A DNA stretch of 64,000 nucleotides from an uncultured Nitrososphaerota archaeon (GTDB lineage: Archaea > Thermoproteota > EX4484-205 > JAAOZO01): contig CAYOYV010000006.1 in assembly GCA_964408285.1 (NCBI GenBank), forward strand, positions 11,274 through 75,273, in the 5' to 3' direction. Under the pieces are notes generated by a model. The model was not told the DNA's origin. It saw only the letters and a program-made list of their open reading frames with translations, and ran no database searches. Position numbers and translations under genes: made by a program. Position 1 is the stretch's first letter. Each line of letters begins with the position of its first letter. Shown here piece by piece: positions 21,449 to 30,494 of this stretch.

Positions 21449-22011
21449 GAAAAGGAACAAGATTGAAATTGAAAAGGCGACGGGAAGGCCTGACCTATTA
21501 TAGGAGAAGAGAAAGCACTGCACCCTCTGGAAAGCCCCGGTTGGTCGTCAGGTCATCGAACAAGTACGTTTACGTCTATCTCACCGAAACCGTGGCGGGA
21601 GGCGATAGGATATTGTCGTCGGCGAACTCAAGGGAACTCAGGCAGCTAGGTTGGGAATTTGGACTTGGGAATACACCAGCAACCTATCTGACAGGTGCAT
21701 TGTTGGCGAAAAGGGCCGCGAGCACCGGAGTCAACGAAGCTATTCTCGACATTGGATTGGCAACACCGACAACAGGAAACAAGCAGTTCGCGGCAGCGAA
21801 GGGATGCGCTGATCTCGGTTTGTCTGTCAGATGCGATGAGTCCGTGATCCCGAACGAGGATAGAATCAGGGGAAGGCACATAGCTGCATTTCTCTCAGAT
21901 ATCACGAATGCCAAAACCTTCTCAAAGATCAGGGCAAAGAATCTGGGTCCCGAGTCAATGATCCAACAGTTCGAGGCGGTTCTCTCGAAGATAAAGGGAG
22001 GCGGGAAATGA
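21445..22011 (+). CDS. rpl18: 50S ribosomal protein uL18
   Basis: RRREGLTYY, RLVVR and GNTPATYLTG motifs. Confidence 0.93.
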   Translation: MRKGTRLKLKRRREGLTYYRRRESTAPSGKPRLVVRSSNKYVYVYLTETVAGGDRILSSANSRELRQLGWEFGLGNTPATYLTGALLAKRAASTGVNEAILDIGLATPTTGNKQFAAAKGCADLGLSVRCDESVIPNEDRIRGRHIAAFLSDITNAKTFSKIRAKNLGPESMIQQFEAVLSKIKGGGK

Positions 22012-22012
22012 G

Positions 22013-22645
22013 ATGTCGGAAGAGCCAACGAGTTCCTCGATTGGGCAGAGCTCGGATGAGGGTCTAATAGCCGTTCGTTCGAACCAAGTCACCACTCTTG
22101 AGGAATACTTCGAAAAGGGACTGAAGATATTAGATCCACAGGTAATAGATCTGCTCCTTCCCAAATTGAGGGAGGAGTTGATTGCCCTAAGCCCTGTTCA
22201 AAAGCAGACAGACGCCGGAGAGAGGACAAGAATAAGAACAATTGTCGTGATTGGTGACGAAAACGGTCATGTTGGAGTTGGATCTGGCAAGGCATCTCAG
22301 GTGAGCGATTCGATAGCCAAGGCCTCAAGACGCGCGAAACTTGGCATGATCTCTGTACGCAGGGGTTGCGGATCATGGGAGTGCAGGTGTGGGGAATCAC
22401 ACTCCCTGCCTTTCAAGGTAAAATCAAGGGCGGGTTCAGTTGGCATAGAGCTAATTCCGGCGCCAAAGGGAGTCGGGCTCGTTACAGGAGACAAGGTCAG
22501 GATTGTTCTCTCATTGGCGGGCATAAGAGATGCTTGGTCCAGATCCGATGGCAGCACTACGACCTCTGTCTCCGCTGCGTTCGCGGCCTTCAACGCACTG
22601 AAACGCACTTATGTCACACCGACCACAGGAGATTGGGGGGCATGA
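22013..22645 (+). CDS. rps5: 30S ribosomal protein uS5
   Basis: QKQTDAGE and RRGCGSWEC motifs. Confidence 0.95.
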   Translation: MSEEPTSSSIGQSSDEGLIAVRSNQVTTLEEYFEKGLKILDPQVIDLLLPKLREELIALSPVQKQTDAGERTRIRTIVVIGDENGHVGVGSGKASQVSDSIAKASRRAKLGMISVRRGCGSWECRCGESHSLPFKVKSRAGSVGIELIPAPKGVGLVTGDKVRIVLSLAGIRDAWSRSDGSTTTSVSAAFAAFNALKRTYVTPTTGDWGA

Positions 22646-22648
22646 TAG

Positions 22649-23140
22649 ATGAGCAATAAGGAATCCGCTAGAATGGTCATCGCGGTCCGGATCAGGGGCG
22701 AGCCAAATCTGCGCCAAGACATAAGGATGGCTCTTGAGTCGTTACGCCTGAGGAAAGTTCATACAGCCGTTGTTATAAAGGCGAATCAGGACGTGATCGG
22801 ATCGCTTCGAAAGCTGAAAGATGTAATTGTGTGGGGAGAGATAGAGGAGAAAACTCTTGTTGAGCTCCTGAAAAAGAGGGGCCTTATGAAGGGCGGTTTC
22901 AGATTGAGCGAGAAGTTCATAAAGGAAAAATTGAATCTTCCGGATTTCGATGCCCTGGCAAAGGCTTTGCTCAATAATGAAATGGAGATGAAGAAGATGC
23001 CTGGCTTGGTGCCCTACTTTAGACTGGCTCCTCCTTCGCGTGGCTACATTCTGAGGACTGAGCACAGAAGAAGGGGTAAGAGGGAGATCACTGGTTATGC
23101 TGGGACATCGATCAATGAACTCGTCATGAGAATGGTCTAA
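22649..23140 (+). CDS. rpl30: 50S ribosomal protein uL30
   Basis: AVRIRG and FRLAPP motifs. Confidence 0.93.
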   Translation: MSNKESARMVIAVRIRGEPNLRQDIRMALESLRLRKVHTAVVIKANQDVIGSLRKLKDVIVWGEIEEKTLVELLKKRGLMKGGFRLSEKFIKEKLNLPDFDALAKALLNNEMEMKKMPGLVPYFRLAPPSRGYILRTEHRRRGKREITGYAGTSINELVMRMV

Positions 23141-23142
23141 CA

Positions 23143-23151
23143 TTTTTAAGG
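23143..23151 (+). promoter_or_regulatory. putative TATA box upstream of hsp20
   Basis: ATTTTTAAG about 30 nt upstream of ATG 23179, inside the ribosomal operon. Confidence 0.5.
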
Positions 23152-23178
23152 GAGTGACCTCGGCCTGTCTGATGAAGG

Positions 23179-23724
23179 ATGAGCGAGAACGCGGACTCCT
23201 GGGATGAGTGGTTCAAAAACCGGAAGTCGATTTTCGAGAAGTTCTTTGAGGAGGTCTTCAGAGAAATAGAGGAGATGGACAAGGCCCTCGATGCCTTCGG
23301 GCCCATACGGCCAGAAGACATAGAGCGGTTCAGAAGGCCCCTCACGTGGGGTTTCAAGTATCATCTGGGTCCGGACGGGAAACCAGCAATAAGCGAGTTC
23401 GGGAACGTCAGGAGGAAGGGAGGCATTCCCAAGGTCGTGGGGGAAACTGAGCCTCTGACCGATGTCATGGAGAAGGATGATGCCATCTCGGTGGTGGCGG
23501 AATTACCCGGCGTTGAGAAGGATGATATCGACGTTAGATGTGACGGAAGGGCCGTGACAATCAACGCCAAATCCGAAAAGAGACAATACTCAAAGGAGAT
23601 TCCCTTACCAGCTGAAGTCCTGCCGAAATCAGGAATGGCGAGGTATAAGAATGGAATACTGGAGCTCACACTTAAGAAGAAGGCGGCGAGCTCCATCTCA
23701 GGAGAACAAATCAAGGTAGAGTGA
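23179..23724 (+). CDS. hsp20: archaeal small heat shock protein Hsp20
   Basis: GPDGKP..EFGN, AELPGVEK and YKNGILE alpha-crystallin motifs. Confidence 0.92.
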   Translation: MSENADSWDEWFKNRKSIFEKFFEEVFREIEEMDKALDAFGPIRPEDIERFRRPLTWGFKYHLGPDGKPAISEFGNVRRKGGIPKVVGETEPLTDVMEKDDAISVVAELPGVEKDDIDVRCDGRAVTINAKSEKRQYSKEIPLPAEVLPKSGMARYKNGILELTLKKKAASSISGEQIKVE

Positions 23725-23730
23725 GAGCAG

Positions 23731-24141
23731 TTGCCTCACGATTTGCGTAAGACAAGAAAGCTCAGAGGGGGGCGTCACTATGGTTGGGGCCAAGTGGGAC
23801 AACACAGGGGCTCTGGTATGCGCGGGGGATATGGAAGAGCGGGGTCCAAGAGTCATAAGCTCCTAATGTATGAGGACAGCGGAACGAAAAAGAAGGGGTT
23901 TATCAAGAAACCTTTGCCAAGAAAAGCAAACACGGTCAACGTCGGAGGCCTTGAGCGTTTCTTAGATAAGGGAAAGACAGAGGGCGGGAAAATCATCATC
24001 GACATGATCAGCCTTGGCTATGATAAGTTACTTGGCTCCGGGATTCCTCCCTCGAACGTTGAAGTGATCATCTCAAGTTGGTCGAAGAGGGCAGAAAAGA
24101 AGCTATTGGAGGTTGGAAGCAACGTGAAGAAACTCAGCTGA
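23731..24141 (+). CDS. rpl15: 50S ribosomal protein uL15
   Basis: RKLRGGRHYGWG, GGYGRAG and KLLGSG motifs. Confidence 0.95.
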   Translation: MPHDLRKTRKLRGGRHYGWGQVGQHRGSGMRGGYGRAGSKSHKLLMYEDSGTKKKGFIKKPLPRKANTVNVGGLERFLDKGKTEGGKIIIDMISLGYDKLLGSGIPPSNVEVIISSWSKRAEKKLLEVGSNVKKLS

Positions 24142-24155
24142 GTTGAGAGTGCAAA

Positions 24156-25583
24156 ATGGTAAGGTTCCTTGAGGTTTTCGGAAGAATCGGGCAAGTCATA
24201 CCCCAAGTGCAGAAGCCAACGAAGAAGCCTCGCCTATCTGAGAAGCTGCTTTGGACGGGGATAGCCTTGGTGTTATATCTTATCATGGGTTACGTGGAGC
24301 TTTACGGAATCCCAACAGGGACCGCTGATCCACTCAGGGCGCTTCGAGTGATAGTTGGAGGGGCAAGGGGTTCGCTGGCCGAGCTGGGAATAGGGCCGAT
24401 AGTCACAGGAGGCCTGATACTTCAATTGCTGGCGGGCGCAGGGCTGATGAGTTACAACCAGTCAGATTCTGCGGACAGGGAGTTGTTCGCGAGCGCCAAC
24501 AAACTATTCTCGCTTCTGTTCACAGTCGTAATAGCGTCCCTAACGGCCTTCGGTGGAACTTACGGTGCCTTGGGTCTTTCGACGAAAGTCATCATACTTA
24601 CTCAATTGATTGTCGCTGGTTTTGTCCTAATACTCCTTGACGAGATGATGCAGAAGGGTTGGGGCATAGGAAGCGGAATAAGTCTGTTCATCCTTGCCGG
24701 GACGGCCAGGGAGATCTACCTGATGACCCTCTCGCCATTAGGACCAATGGGTGATGGATTCTCCGAGGGCTCAGTTATTGCCCTTTTTCAGTCGGTATTC
24801 TCAGGGAATTTCAATGCTACCTCGTTGATAATAAGAGAGGAGGACACAACGCTCCCTACGATCTTTCAGCTCGTTGTGACGTTTGCCCTTCTGGCGGTGG
24901 TAGTTTACTTGGAGAACGTGAGCATCCAAGTGCCAATATCCTCCTCTAGGGCAAGAGGATTCTCAGGGAACTATCCGATAAAGTTACTCTTCGTATCGAC
25001 GCTTCCAATAATCCTTGCCATAGCGATATTCGCGAACGTAGGCCTAGTCTCGAATCTCATCCAGAACAACAGCAATCTGTCATCAATCACGTTGTTCAAT
25101 ATGTCTCTAGTTGACATTGTGGGAAGAACCGACTCGCAGGGTAATCCCGAGAGCGGTTTGTTGTTATATATAACTCCCCCTAGGAGCGTTGAGGCCTCGA
25201 TCAAGGATCCCACAAGGGCTTTCGTATATGCGATAATCTTGGTTGTGCTGTCAATGTTTTTCTCGATAATCTGGATGGAGGTGTCTGGCATGGATGCCAA
25301 GTCTATGGCCTCCCAACTGGTTGAGGCTGGAATTGCCATGCCGGGATTCAGAACATCGACGAAACCACTTGAATCCCTGATTTCTGACTATCTTGATGCC
25401 GTTACGATTGTTGGTGGTGCCCTGATAGGTCTTTTGGCCGCGGTAGGAGATATCGTGGGGGTCTACGGATCTGGAACTGGATTGTTGCTATCAGTGGGAA
25501 TCGTCTACGGGCTATATGAAAGCATACTGAGGGAACAGGCAGAGGAGATCTTCCCGCAGTTGAGAAGATTGCTTCCCATCTAG
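24156..25583 (+). CDS. secY: preprotein translocase subunit SecY
   Basis: ELGIGPIVT, WGIGSGISLFI and PGFR motifs. Confidence 0.97.
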   Translation: MVRFLEVFGRIGQVIPQVQKPTKKPRLSEKLLWTGIALVLYLIMGYVELYGIPTGTADPLRALRVIVGGARGSLAELGIGPIVTGGLILQLLAGAGLMSYNQSDSADRELFASANKLFSLLFTVVIASLTAFGGTYGALGLSTKVIILTQLIVAGFVLILLDEMMQKGWGIGSGISLFILAGTAREIYLMTLSPLGPMGDGFSEGSVIALFQSVFSGNFNATSLIIREEDTTLPTIFQLVVTFALLAVVVYLENVSIQVPISSSRARGFSGNYPIKLLFVSTLPIILAIAIFANVGLVSNLIQNNSNLSSITLFNMSLVDIVGRTDSQGNPESGLLLYITPPRSVEASIKDPTRAFVYAIILVVLSMFFSIIWMEVSGMDAKSMASQLVEAGIAMPGFRTSTKPLESLISDYLDAVTIVGGALIGLLAAVGDIVGVYGSGTGLLLSVGIVYGLYESILREQAEEIFPQLRRLLPI

Positions 25584-25626
25584 GTCTTACGTCATTTTTA
25601 TATGACCGGAGGCACGAGTCAGCGCA

Positions 25627-26211
25627 ATGGGCAAATTCGCCATCATAGTAGGGATACCAGGGGTCGGAAAGACCACTGTGTTAGATGTATTGTTGAATCT
25701 AGCAAAAGATTCGGGCATCAGGGCCTCTGTTGAGAATATGGGTTCCCTTATGTTGGAGGCCGCAAAGGAAGCAGGGACCTCCATTGGTAGGGACAAGATG
25801 AGAACACTCTCCCTACAGGAGCAAGCAAAGCTCAGGATGAAGGCAATAAAGAAGCTGGTCGAAAGGAAATCCGCCAATGACCTTACAATACTTGACACCC
25901 ACTTCCTCATTCGCTCAAAGGGAGGATATCTGGTCGGCCTCCCGAAGGATCTATTGGATGCAGTCGGACCAGAGTACTTTGGCATAATAGAGGCCTCTGT
26001 TCAAGACATTCTATCAAGGAGGGCCGTCGACGCGACCAGGTCCAGAGACGAGGTGAATGAGGAGGAAGTGAAACTTGAACAAGACTTGACCAGGACTTCA
26101 GTATTTCTGCTCGCTGCCCTCTACAACGCGAATGTGATACGGGTCACCAATGAACAGGGGAAGGCATCGGAATCCGGTAGAAAATTTTATGACTTCCTCC
26201 TGAGGGGATAG
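25627..26211 (+). CDS. adkA: archaeal adenylate kinase
   Basis: GIPGVGKTT and LDTH motifs; follows secY. Confidence 0.92.
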   Translation: MGKFAIIVGIPGVGKTTVLDVLLNLAKDSGIRASVENMGSLMLEAAKEAGTSIGRDKMRTLSLQEQAKLRMKAIKKLVERKSANDLTILDTHFLIRSKGGYLVGLPKDLLDAVGPEYFGIIEASVQDILSRRAVDATRSRDEVNEEEVKLEQDLTRTSVFLLAALYNANVIRVTNEQGKASESGRKFYDFLLRG

Positions 26212-26217
26212 CAGAGG

Positions 26218-26670
26218 ATGGATCCTTCAACAACACTGCTGATCGTGACAGGAGCTGCTCTTGTCGGATCGGTTGGCCAGACTGTGATTTCTGTGAAAAT
26301 CGGTGACCCAGAAAAGCTACGGGAGTTGCAGGGACAACTGAAGGACTACCTGTCGGATTTGGAAGCTGCAAAGAAATCCTCCGACAAGAAGTTGCTCAAG
26401 CAGATGGAGAAGAAGAAGAAATACATGGATACTCTTCAGAGCGAGGTCAGTAACGCCACTATGAAAATGACTATCTTATCTTCTGTATTCGCCCTATTGA
26501 TTTTCGCTGGACTTTATTACTTATTCAACCCAGAACAGGGCATTGCGTACCTTTCAACCTATTTATGGGAAGCGGGGTCTGGGTTAGTAAACTTGACCAT
26601 AATTTACTGGTATATTGTCTCCTCATTCTACTTCTCAACAATTGTCAGGAAACTGATGAGAGTGAGCTAG
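26218..26670 (+). CDS. EMC3/TMCO1-like (DUF106) membrane protein
   Basis: TM, coiled coil, TM layout ending in WY..SS; conserved position after adk. Confidence 0.8.
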   Translation: MDPSTTLLIVTGAALVGSVGQTVISVKIGDPEKLRELQGQLKDYLSDLEAAKKSSDKKLLKQMEKKKKYMDTLQSEVSNATMKMTILSSVFALLIFAGLYYLFNPEQGIAYLSTYLWEAGSGLVNLTIIYWYIVSSFYFSTIVRKLMRVS

Positions 26671-26673
26671 ACT

Positions 26674-27258
26674 TTGGTGGGCGAGGAACCCCGCATTATG
26701 CCAGGAGGCCCGGTCATAACGATAGGAGGTCTTCATGGCGTCGGCAAATCTACGCATTCCGAGCTTCTTTCGAAGCTTCTTGGCCTCGAATATGTTTCAA
26801 CAGGCTTGATCTTCAGGGATCTGGCCAAGCAAAGGGGCCTTAGCCTTATAGAACTGACTAAAGTCTCGGCCGAGGATAGATCAATAGATCTACAGATAGA
26901 CAACCTTAGCAAGGAGAGACTTATGAAAGGTGGGATTGTATTTGACAGCCTGCTGGCCCCTCATCTCTCAGTCGGCTTTGAGGCGCTAAGGATATACCTT
27001 TTTGCTCCTATAGAAGTCAGGATGGCCCGCATAGCTGAGAGAGAAAAAAGGAATCTGGACGAGATATGGCAGGAGACCCTCTTCAGAGAGAAACTGGAGA
27101 TACAGAGATTCAAGGAGTATTACGACATAGACATGAGCGACACGTCTGCCTATCATCTGTTGCTTGACACTTCACTGATGCGTATAGACGACAATGTTAA
27201 AATCCTAATGGAAGCATCAAAGGTCTATATTGAGAGGAGGTGGCCCAATTGGCGTTAA
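26674..27258 (+). CDS. cmk: cytidylate kinase
   Basis: GLHGVGKST, GLIFR, IAERE and RFKEYY motifs. Confidence 0.9.
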   Translation: MVGEEPRIMPGGPVITIGGLHGVGKSTHSELLSKLLGLEYVSTGLIFRDLAKQRGLSLIELTKVSAEDRSIDLQIDNLSKERLMKGGIVFDSLLAPHLSVGFEALRIYLFAPIEVRMARIAEREKRNLDEIWQETLFREKLEIQRFKEYYDIDMSDTSAYHLLLDTSLMRIDDNVKILMEASKVYIERRWPNWR

Positions 27259-27533
27259 TCTCTGTTGGAAGAATATGCAAGAAATTGGCAGGAAGAGATT
27301 CCGGGCAGAGGTGCGTGATCATCGACGTATTGGACACAAACTTCATAATGATTACTGGCCCAAAAAAGATCACAGGAGTCAGAAGGAGAAAGGTGAACAT
27401 GAATCATGTCTTGCCGCTTGGGAAATCAATAAGAGTGAGGAAGAATGCCTCGGACGATGCAGTTGCCTCTGCGCTGGAGCGGAGGAAGCTAATACCATTC
27501 ATGAAGGGTGAGGATGTTGAACCTGCTGAATGA
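27240..27533 (+). CDS. rpl14e: 50S ribosomal protein eL14
   Basis: GRICKKLAGRDSG and GVRRRKVN motifs. Confidence 0.93.
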   Translation: MAQLALISVGRICKKLAGRDSGQRCVIIDVLDTNFIMITGPKKITGVRRRKVNMNHVLPLGKSIRVRKNASDDAVASALERRKLIPFMKGEDVEPAE

Positions 27534-28521
27534 GCTGAGAAAACCTAGGAGGCTTGTCATAAGGGAAGAGTCAACGACATCTTGGGATTATGGCTGGAAC
27601 CCGAATCTAAGACGATTGGATCAATTGGTGGACTCTGGCGTAATAGTCCTTGACAAACAGAGCGGCCCCACCAGTCATGATTTTGTGGCAACCCTGAAGA
27701 GACTCCTGAATCTCAAAAAAGCCGGTCACAGCGGGACCCTTGAGTGAATTCGGGGAAATCCTGGCGTGACTGGAGTACTAATCGCGCTTTCCGGAGCAGC
27801 CACAAACCTGGTCCCATACTTGCATAGGCTAGGAAAGGAATATGTCGGAGTTGGGGAGCTGCATTCCGACGTATCAAAATCCAAACTTCAGGAAGCGATG
27901 GGTATATTCATAGGGCAGATATTCCAAAGACCCCCTGTTAGGGCTTCGGTCAGCAGGAAGTTAAGGACAAGATCTGTCTTCTACTTTGACCTTTTGGAAT
28001 ACGAGGATAGACGATTTCTTTTCAGGGTTGGAACGGAAGCAGGTACATACATAAGGAAATTGATACATGACCTTGGGCTGTTGACTGGATCGGGAGCTCA
28101 TATGGTTCAGCTTCGAAGGACTAGGGACGGCCCCTTCGGCGAGTCTCAATCACATGGGATGTGGAGCATCGCCTTGGCCCTTGAGATATATAGATCACGA
28201 AATGATGAGACCGAGCTAAGGAAAGTAATACTACCGATAGAATCGGCAATTGCTCTATATCCATCGATTTATATCAAGGACGGTGCAGTTTCTGCAGTGT
28301 GTCATGGCGCTAATCTCTCGATTGGTGGCGTCTCGTCATTTGAGGAACCTGTGGAAAAGGGAAACGTTGTTTGCGTGAAAACTCTCAAGGGCGAGCTAGT
28401 GGCAATGGCCAGGTCAGAGAAGGATTCTCATGGTCTGCTAAATGACAGAACTGGTCTAGCTGCAATCACCGAGAGGGTTCTAATGGATAGAGGGCTATAT
28501 CCAAAAATGTGGAGACAATAG
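27514..28521 (+). CDS. cbf5: H/ACA pseudouridine synthase Cbf5, interrupted by a 15-nt BHB intron (exons 27514-27742, 27758-28521)
   Basis: LDK.SGPTSH, GHSGTL[D]PGVTG, QRPP, GTYIR and a PUA domain; removing the intron gives a 330-aa ORF. Confidence 0.93.
27743..27757 (+). other. BHB mRNA intron in cbf5 (AGTGAATTCGGGGAA)
   Basis: GGGA-CCCU-[UG|A]...GGGG-[AA|A]-UCCU; excision restores the GAT codon of the catalytic Asp. Confidence 0.9.
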
Positions 28522-28526
28522 GCCTA

Positions 28527-28541
28527 GAGAAATCTTAATAT
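28527..28541 (+). promoter_or_regulatory. BRE/TATA promoter of the tRNA gene
   Basis: GAGAAATCTTAATAT about 25 nt upstream of the tRNA 5' end. Confidence 0.55.
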
Positions 28542-28564
28542 CACTTGAGGTTTTGGAATTCCAC

Positions 28565-28695
28565 GCCGAGGTGCCGAGTTGTCAAACACGGCAGGTGCCC
28601 GAATCTGGCCAAGGGGCAATGGAGCCTAAGCCTGGAGTGTCGTAGATAGCTTGTGAACCTTCGGGTTCTTATGGGTTCGAATCCCTTCCTCGGCG
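28565..28695 (+). tRNA. tRNA-Ser(GGA) with three putative introns (positions 6/7, 29/30, 37/38)
   Basis: Acceptor GCCGAGG/CCTCGGC, discriminator G, T loop TTCGAAT, long variable arm GAACCTTCGGGTTC; removing 28571-28594, 28620-28629 and 28638-28647 gives anticodon arm CAAGC-CTGGAGA-GCTTG. Confidence 0.8.
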
Positions 28696-28897
28696 CCTCC
28701 TTCTCTCTGTTAGTTTATTTCGTGCCCCTTCAGTTGAGGCCCCCCAATAGCGTTCCAATTTGCCTCAGTTCAAGTGTTAGTCTTCCAGTTCTGCAGTGCT
28801 TTGTACATGAGAATTAGCTATTCGAGCTGCGACGTATTTCCAGTAATGGATTTGCTTTATATCATCGCACGATGTTTTTTCTCGGAGGAGGATTCGA

Positions 28898-29881
28898 TTG
28901 ACACCCCAAAGAGTCAACTTCGGGGTTGACATGGGCCCCTTCCTTGGACTCGAAAGAAGCTTCTCGTTCTTAGCTAAGGCCGCAATGGAAACGGAAGGTC
29001 TCGGTTTTGACTCAGTCTGGGTTCCGGACCACGAGGTCGATCCGCTCTCGACTCTGTCATTTCTCAGCTCAGTCACAAAGAACATGAAGTTGGGCACATG
29101 TGTACTGATACCAGACCATAGACATCCGGCTTTATTGGCTAGAGAGATAGCTACTCTGGACAATCTCTCAGAAGGACGGTTGATTCTTGGACTCGGGGCT
29201 GGAGAAGGCAAGCAAATGTTCGGCACTCCGATTGACAGACCTGTTGCAAGGATGTTGGAGACGATCACTATAATCAAGAAACTGTGGCAGCATCCGAAGG
29301 TGACGCACCACGGCGATTTCTGGGAAATAAGAGACCATTCCCTAGAGTGCAACCCGCTGCAGCGACCTCATCCCCCGATCTGGATTGGCGCAAGTGGACC
29401 GAGAATGCTCGAGATAACAGCGAGGCATGCAAATGGCTGCTTTGGCCCTCAGCTTATCCCACAACAGTATCGAAATTGGTTGAACAGGCTGCACAGAATC
29501 GCGGGCGAAATCGGCAGAAACCCTGAAGAGATTATCCCGGCGCATTTGCCCTTCACAAGTATTTCAAAGGATCATGACCTGGCAGTCAAATGGATCGAAC
29601 CTTATGTGAGATGGTTCCTGGTATGGGCTTCTAAGCCTCCAAGCTCACTGCAGCAAATACTCGGTTACAAGGAAAGGTGGGAAAAAGAGGAAGATGTGCC
29701 GCGAGAAGCAATCGAGAGATGCTTCATTGTGGGAACACCAGAGGAGTGCACTGACAGAATAGAGGAATTTGTTCACAACGGCGCAAGCTACTTCGTGCTA
29801 GCGATTAGGGCTCCTGATGTAAAGAACTACTTGGAATCACTTGAGCTATATGCCAGAGAGGTATTGCCACACTTCAAGTAA
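28898..29881 (+). CDS. LLM class flavin/F420-dependent oxidoreductase
   Basis: GFDSVWVPDH, LDNLSEGRLILGLGAG and PPIWIG motifs. Confidence 0.9.
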   Translation: MTPQRVNFGVDMGPFLGLERSFSFLAKAAMETEGLGFDSVWVPDHEVDPLSTLSFLSSVTKNMKLGTCVLIPDHRHPALLAREIATLDNLSEGRLILGLGAGEGKQMFGTPIDRPVARMLETITIIKKLWQHPKVTHHGDFWEIRDHSLECNPLQRPHPPIWIGASGPRMLEITARHANGCFGPQLIPQQYRNWLNRLHRIAGEIGRNPEEIIPAHLPFTSISKDHDLAVKWIEPYVRWFLVWASKPPSSLQQILGYKERWEKEEDVPREAIERCFIVGTPEECTDRIEEFVHNGASYFVLAIRAPDVKNYLESLELYAREVLPHFK

Positions 29882-30029
29882 CCCACAGCGCGGTGGGGGC
29901 GCGAAGACTCGGGGGACTCAGGTTCTGTTTGAGCTGCTTGCCATATGAACGCTAAATCATCGGATGAGGATCAGCGACGGATCCTTCATCCCCTGGGTCG
30001 CGACCGCGGAACTGGGACTGGCGGGATGA

Positions 30030-30335
30030 AGATCATGGGGGAACGGATAAGGTCAATGCCTTTTGGGGAGAAAGAGTGAAGGAAGAATTGAGCAAGGGGC
30101 ATGTTCACTTCATAGCGTTTGATGGAAGAAAACCAGTTGATTTTTCAGCAACCCGGATAGATAAAGCCTCTATCGAGAGAAGAGGGGTGAAGCTGGGGGC
30201 GCTCTGAGGCGGAGTGGCGGTGCTTCCAGAATTCAGGCGCAAATATGTTGTTTCCAGGCTTCTGACGGAAGCTCTAGTGTTCCTCAAGAGCATACGGTAT
30301 GGAAAAAGCAATAGTCGGGACGTTCTGTTATCTAG
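30030..30335 (+). pseudogene. degraded GNAT acetyltransferase
   Basis: HFIAFDGRKPV...GAL*GGVAVLPEFRRK...LLTEAL; in-frame TGA at 30205-30207 and a later frameshift; boundaries approximate. Confidence 0.55.
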
Positions 30336-30494
30336 AGTCGACTACACTTGGCATAGATCTCTATTTGTAATCCGGTGGTAGGATAACGACTGAGCTAGCG
30401 AGTTTGACGAAAACTACGTAGCTCTCCGTTTTTTGCCATCGCGGATGTAGCTACGTTCAGAATCTTATATACGATTCGTACGTTCAGCCTATTA

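Noticed and set aside
27745-27747. In-frame TGA in cbf5 as selenocysteine or read-through
   Set aside because: Read-through would give GTLE-x-IRGNP, which lacks the catalytic Asp. BHB excision restores GTLDP exactly.
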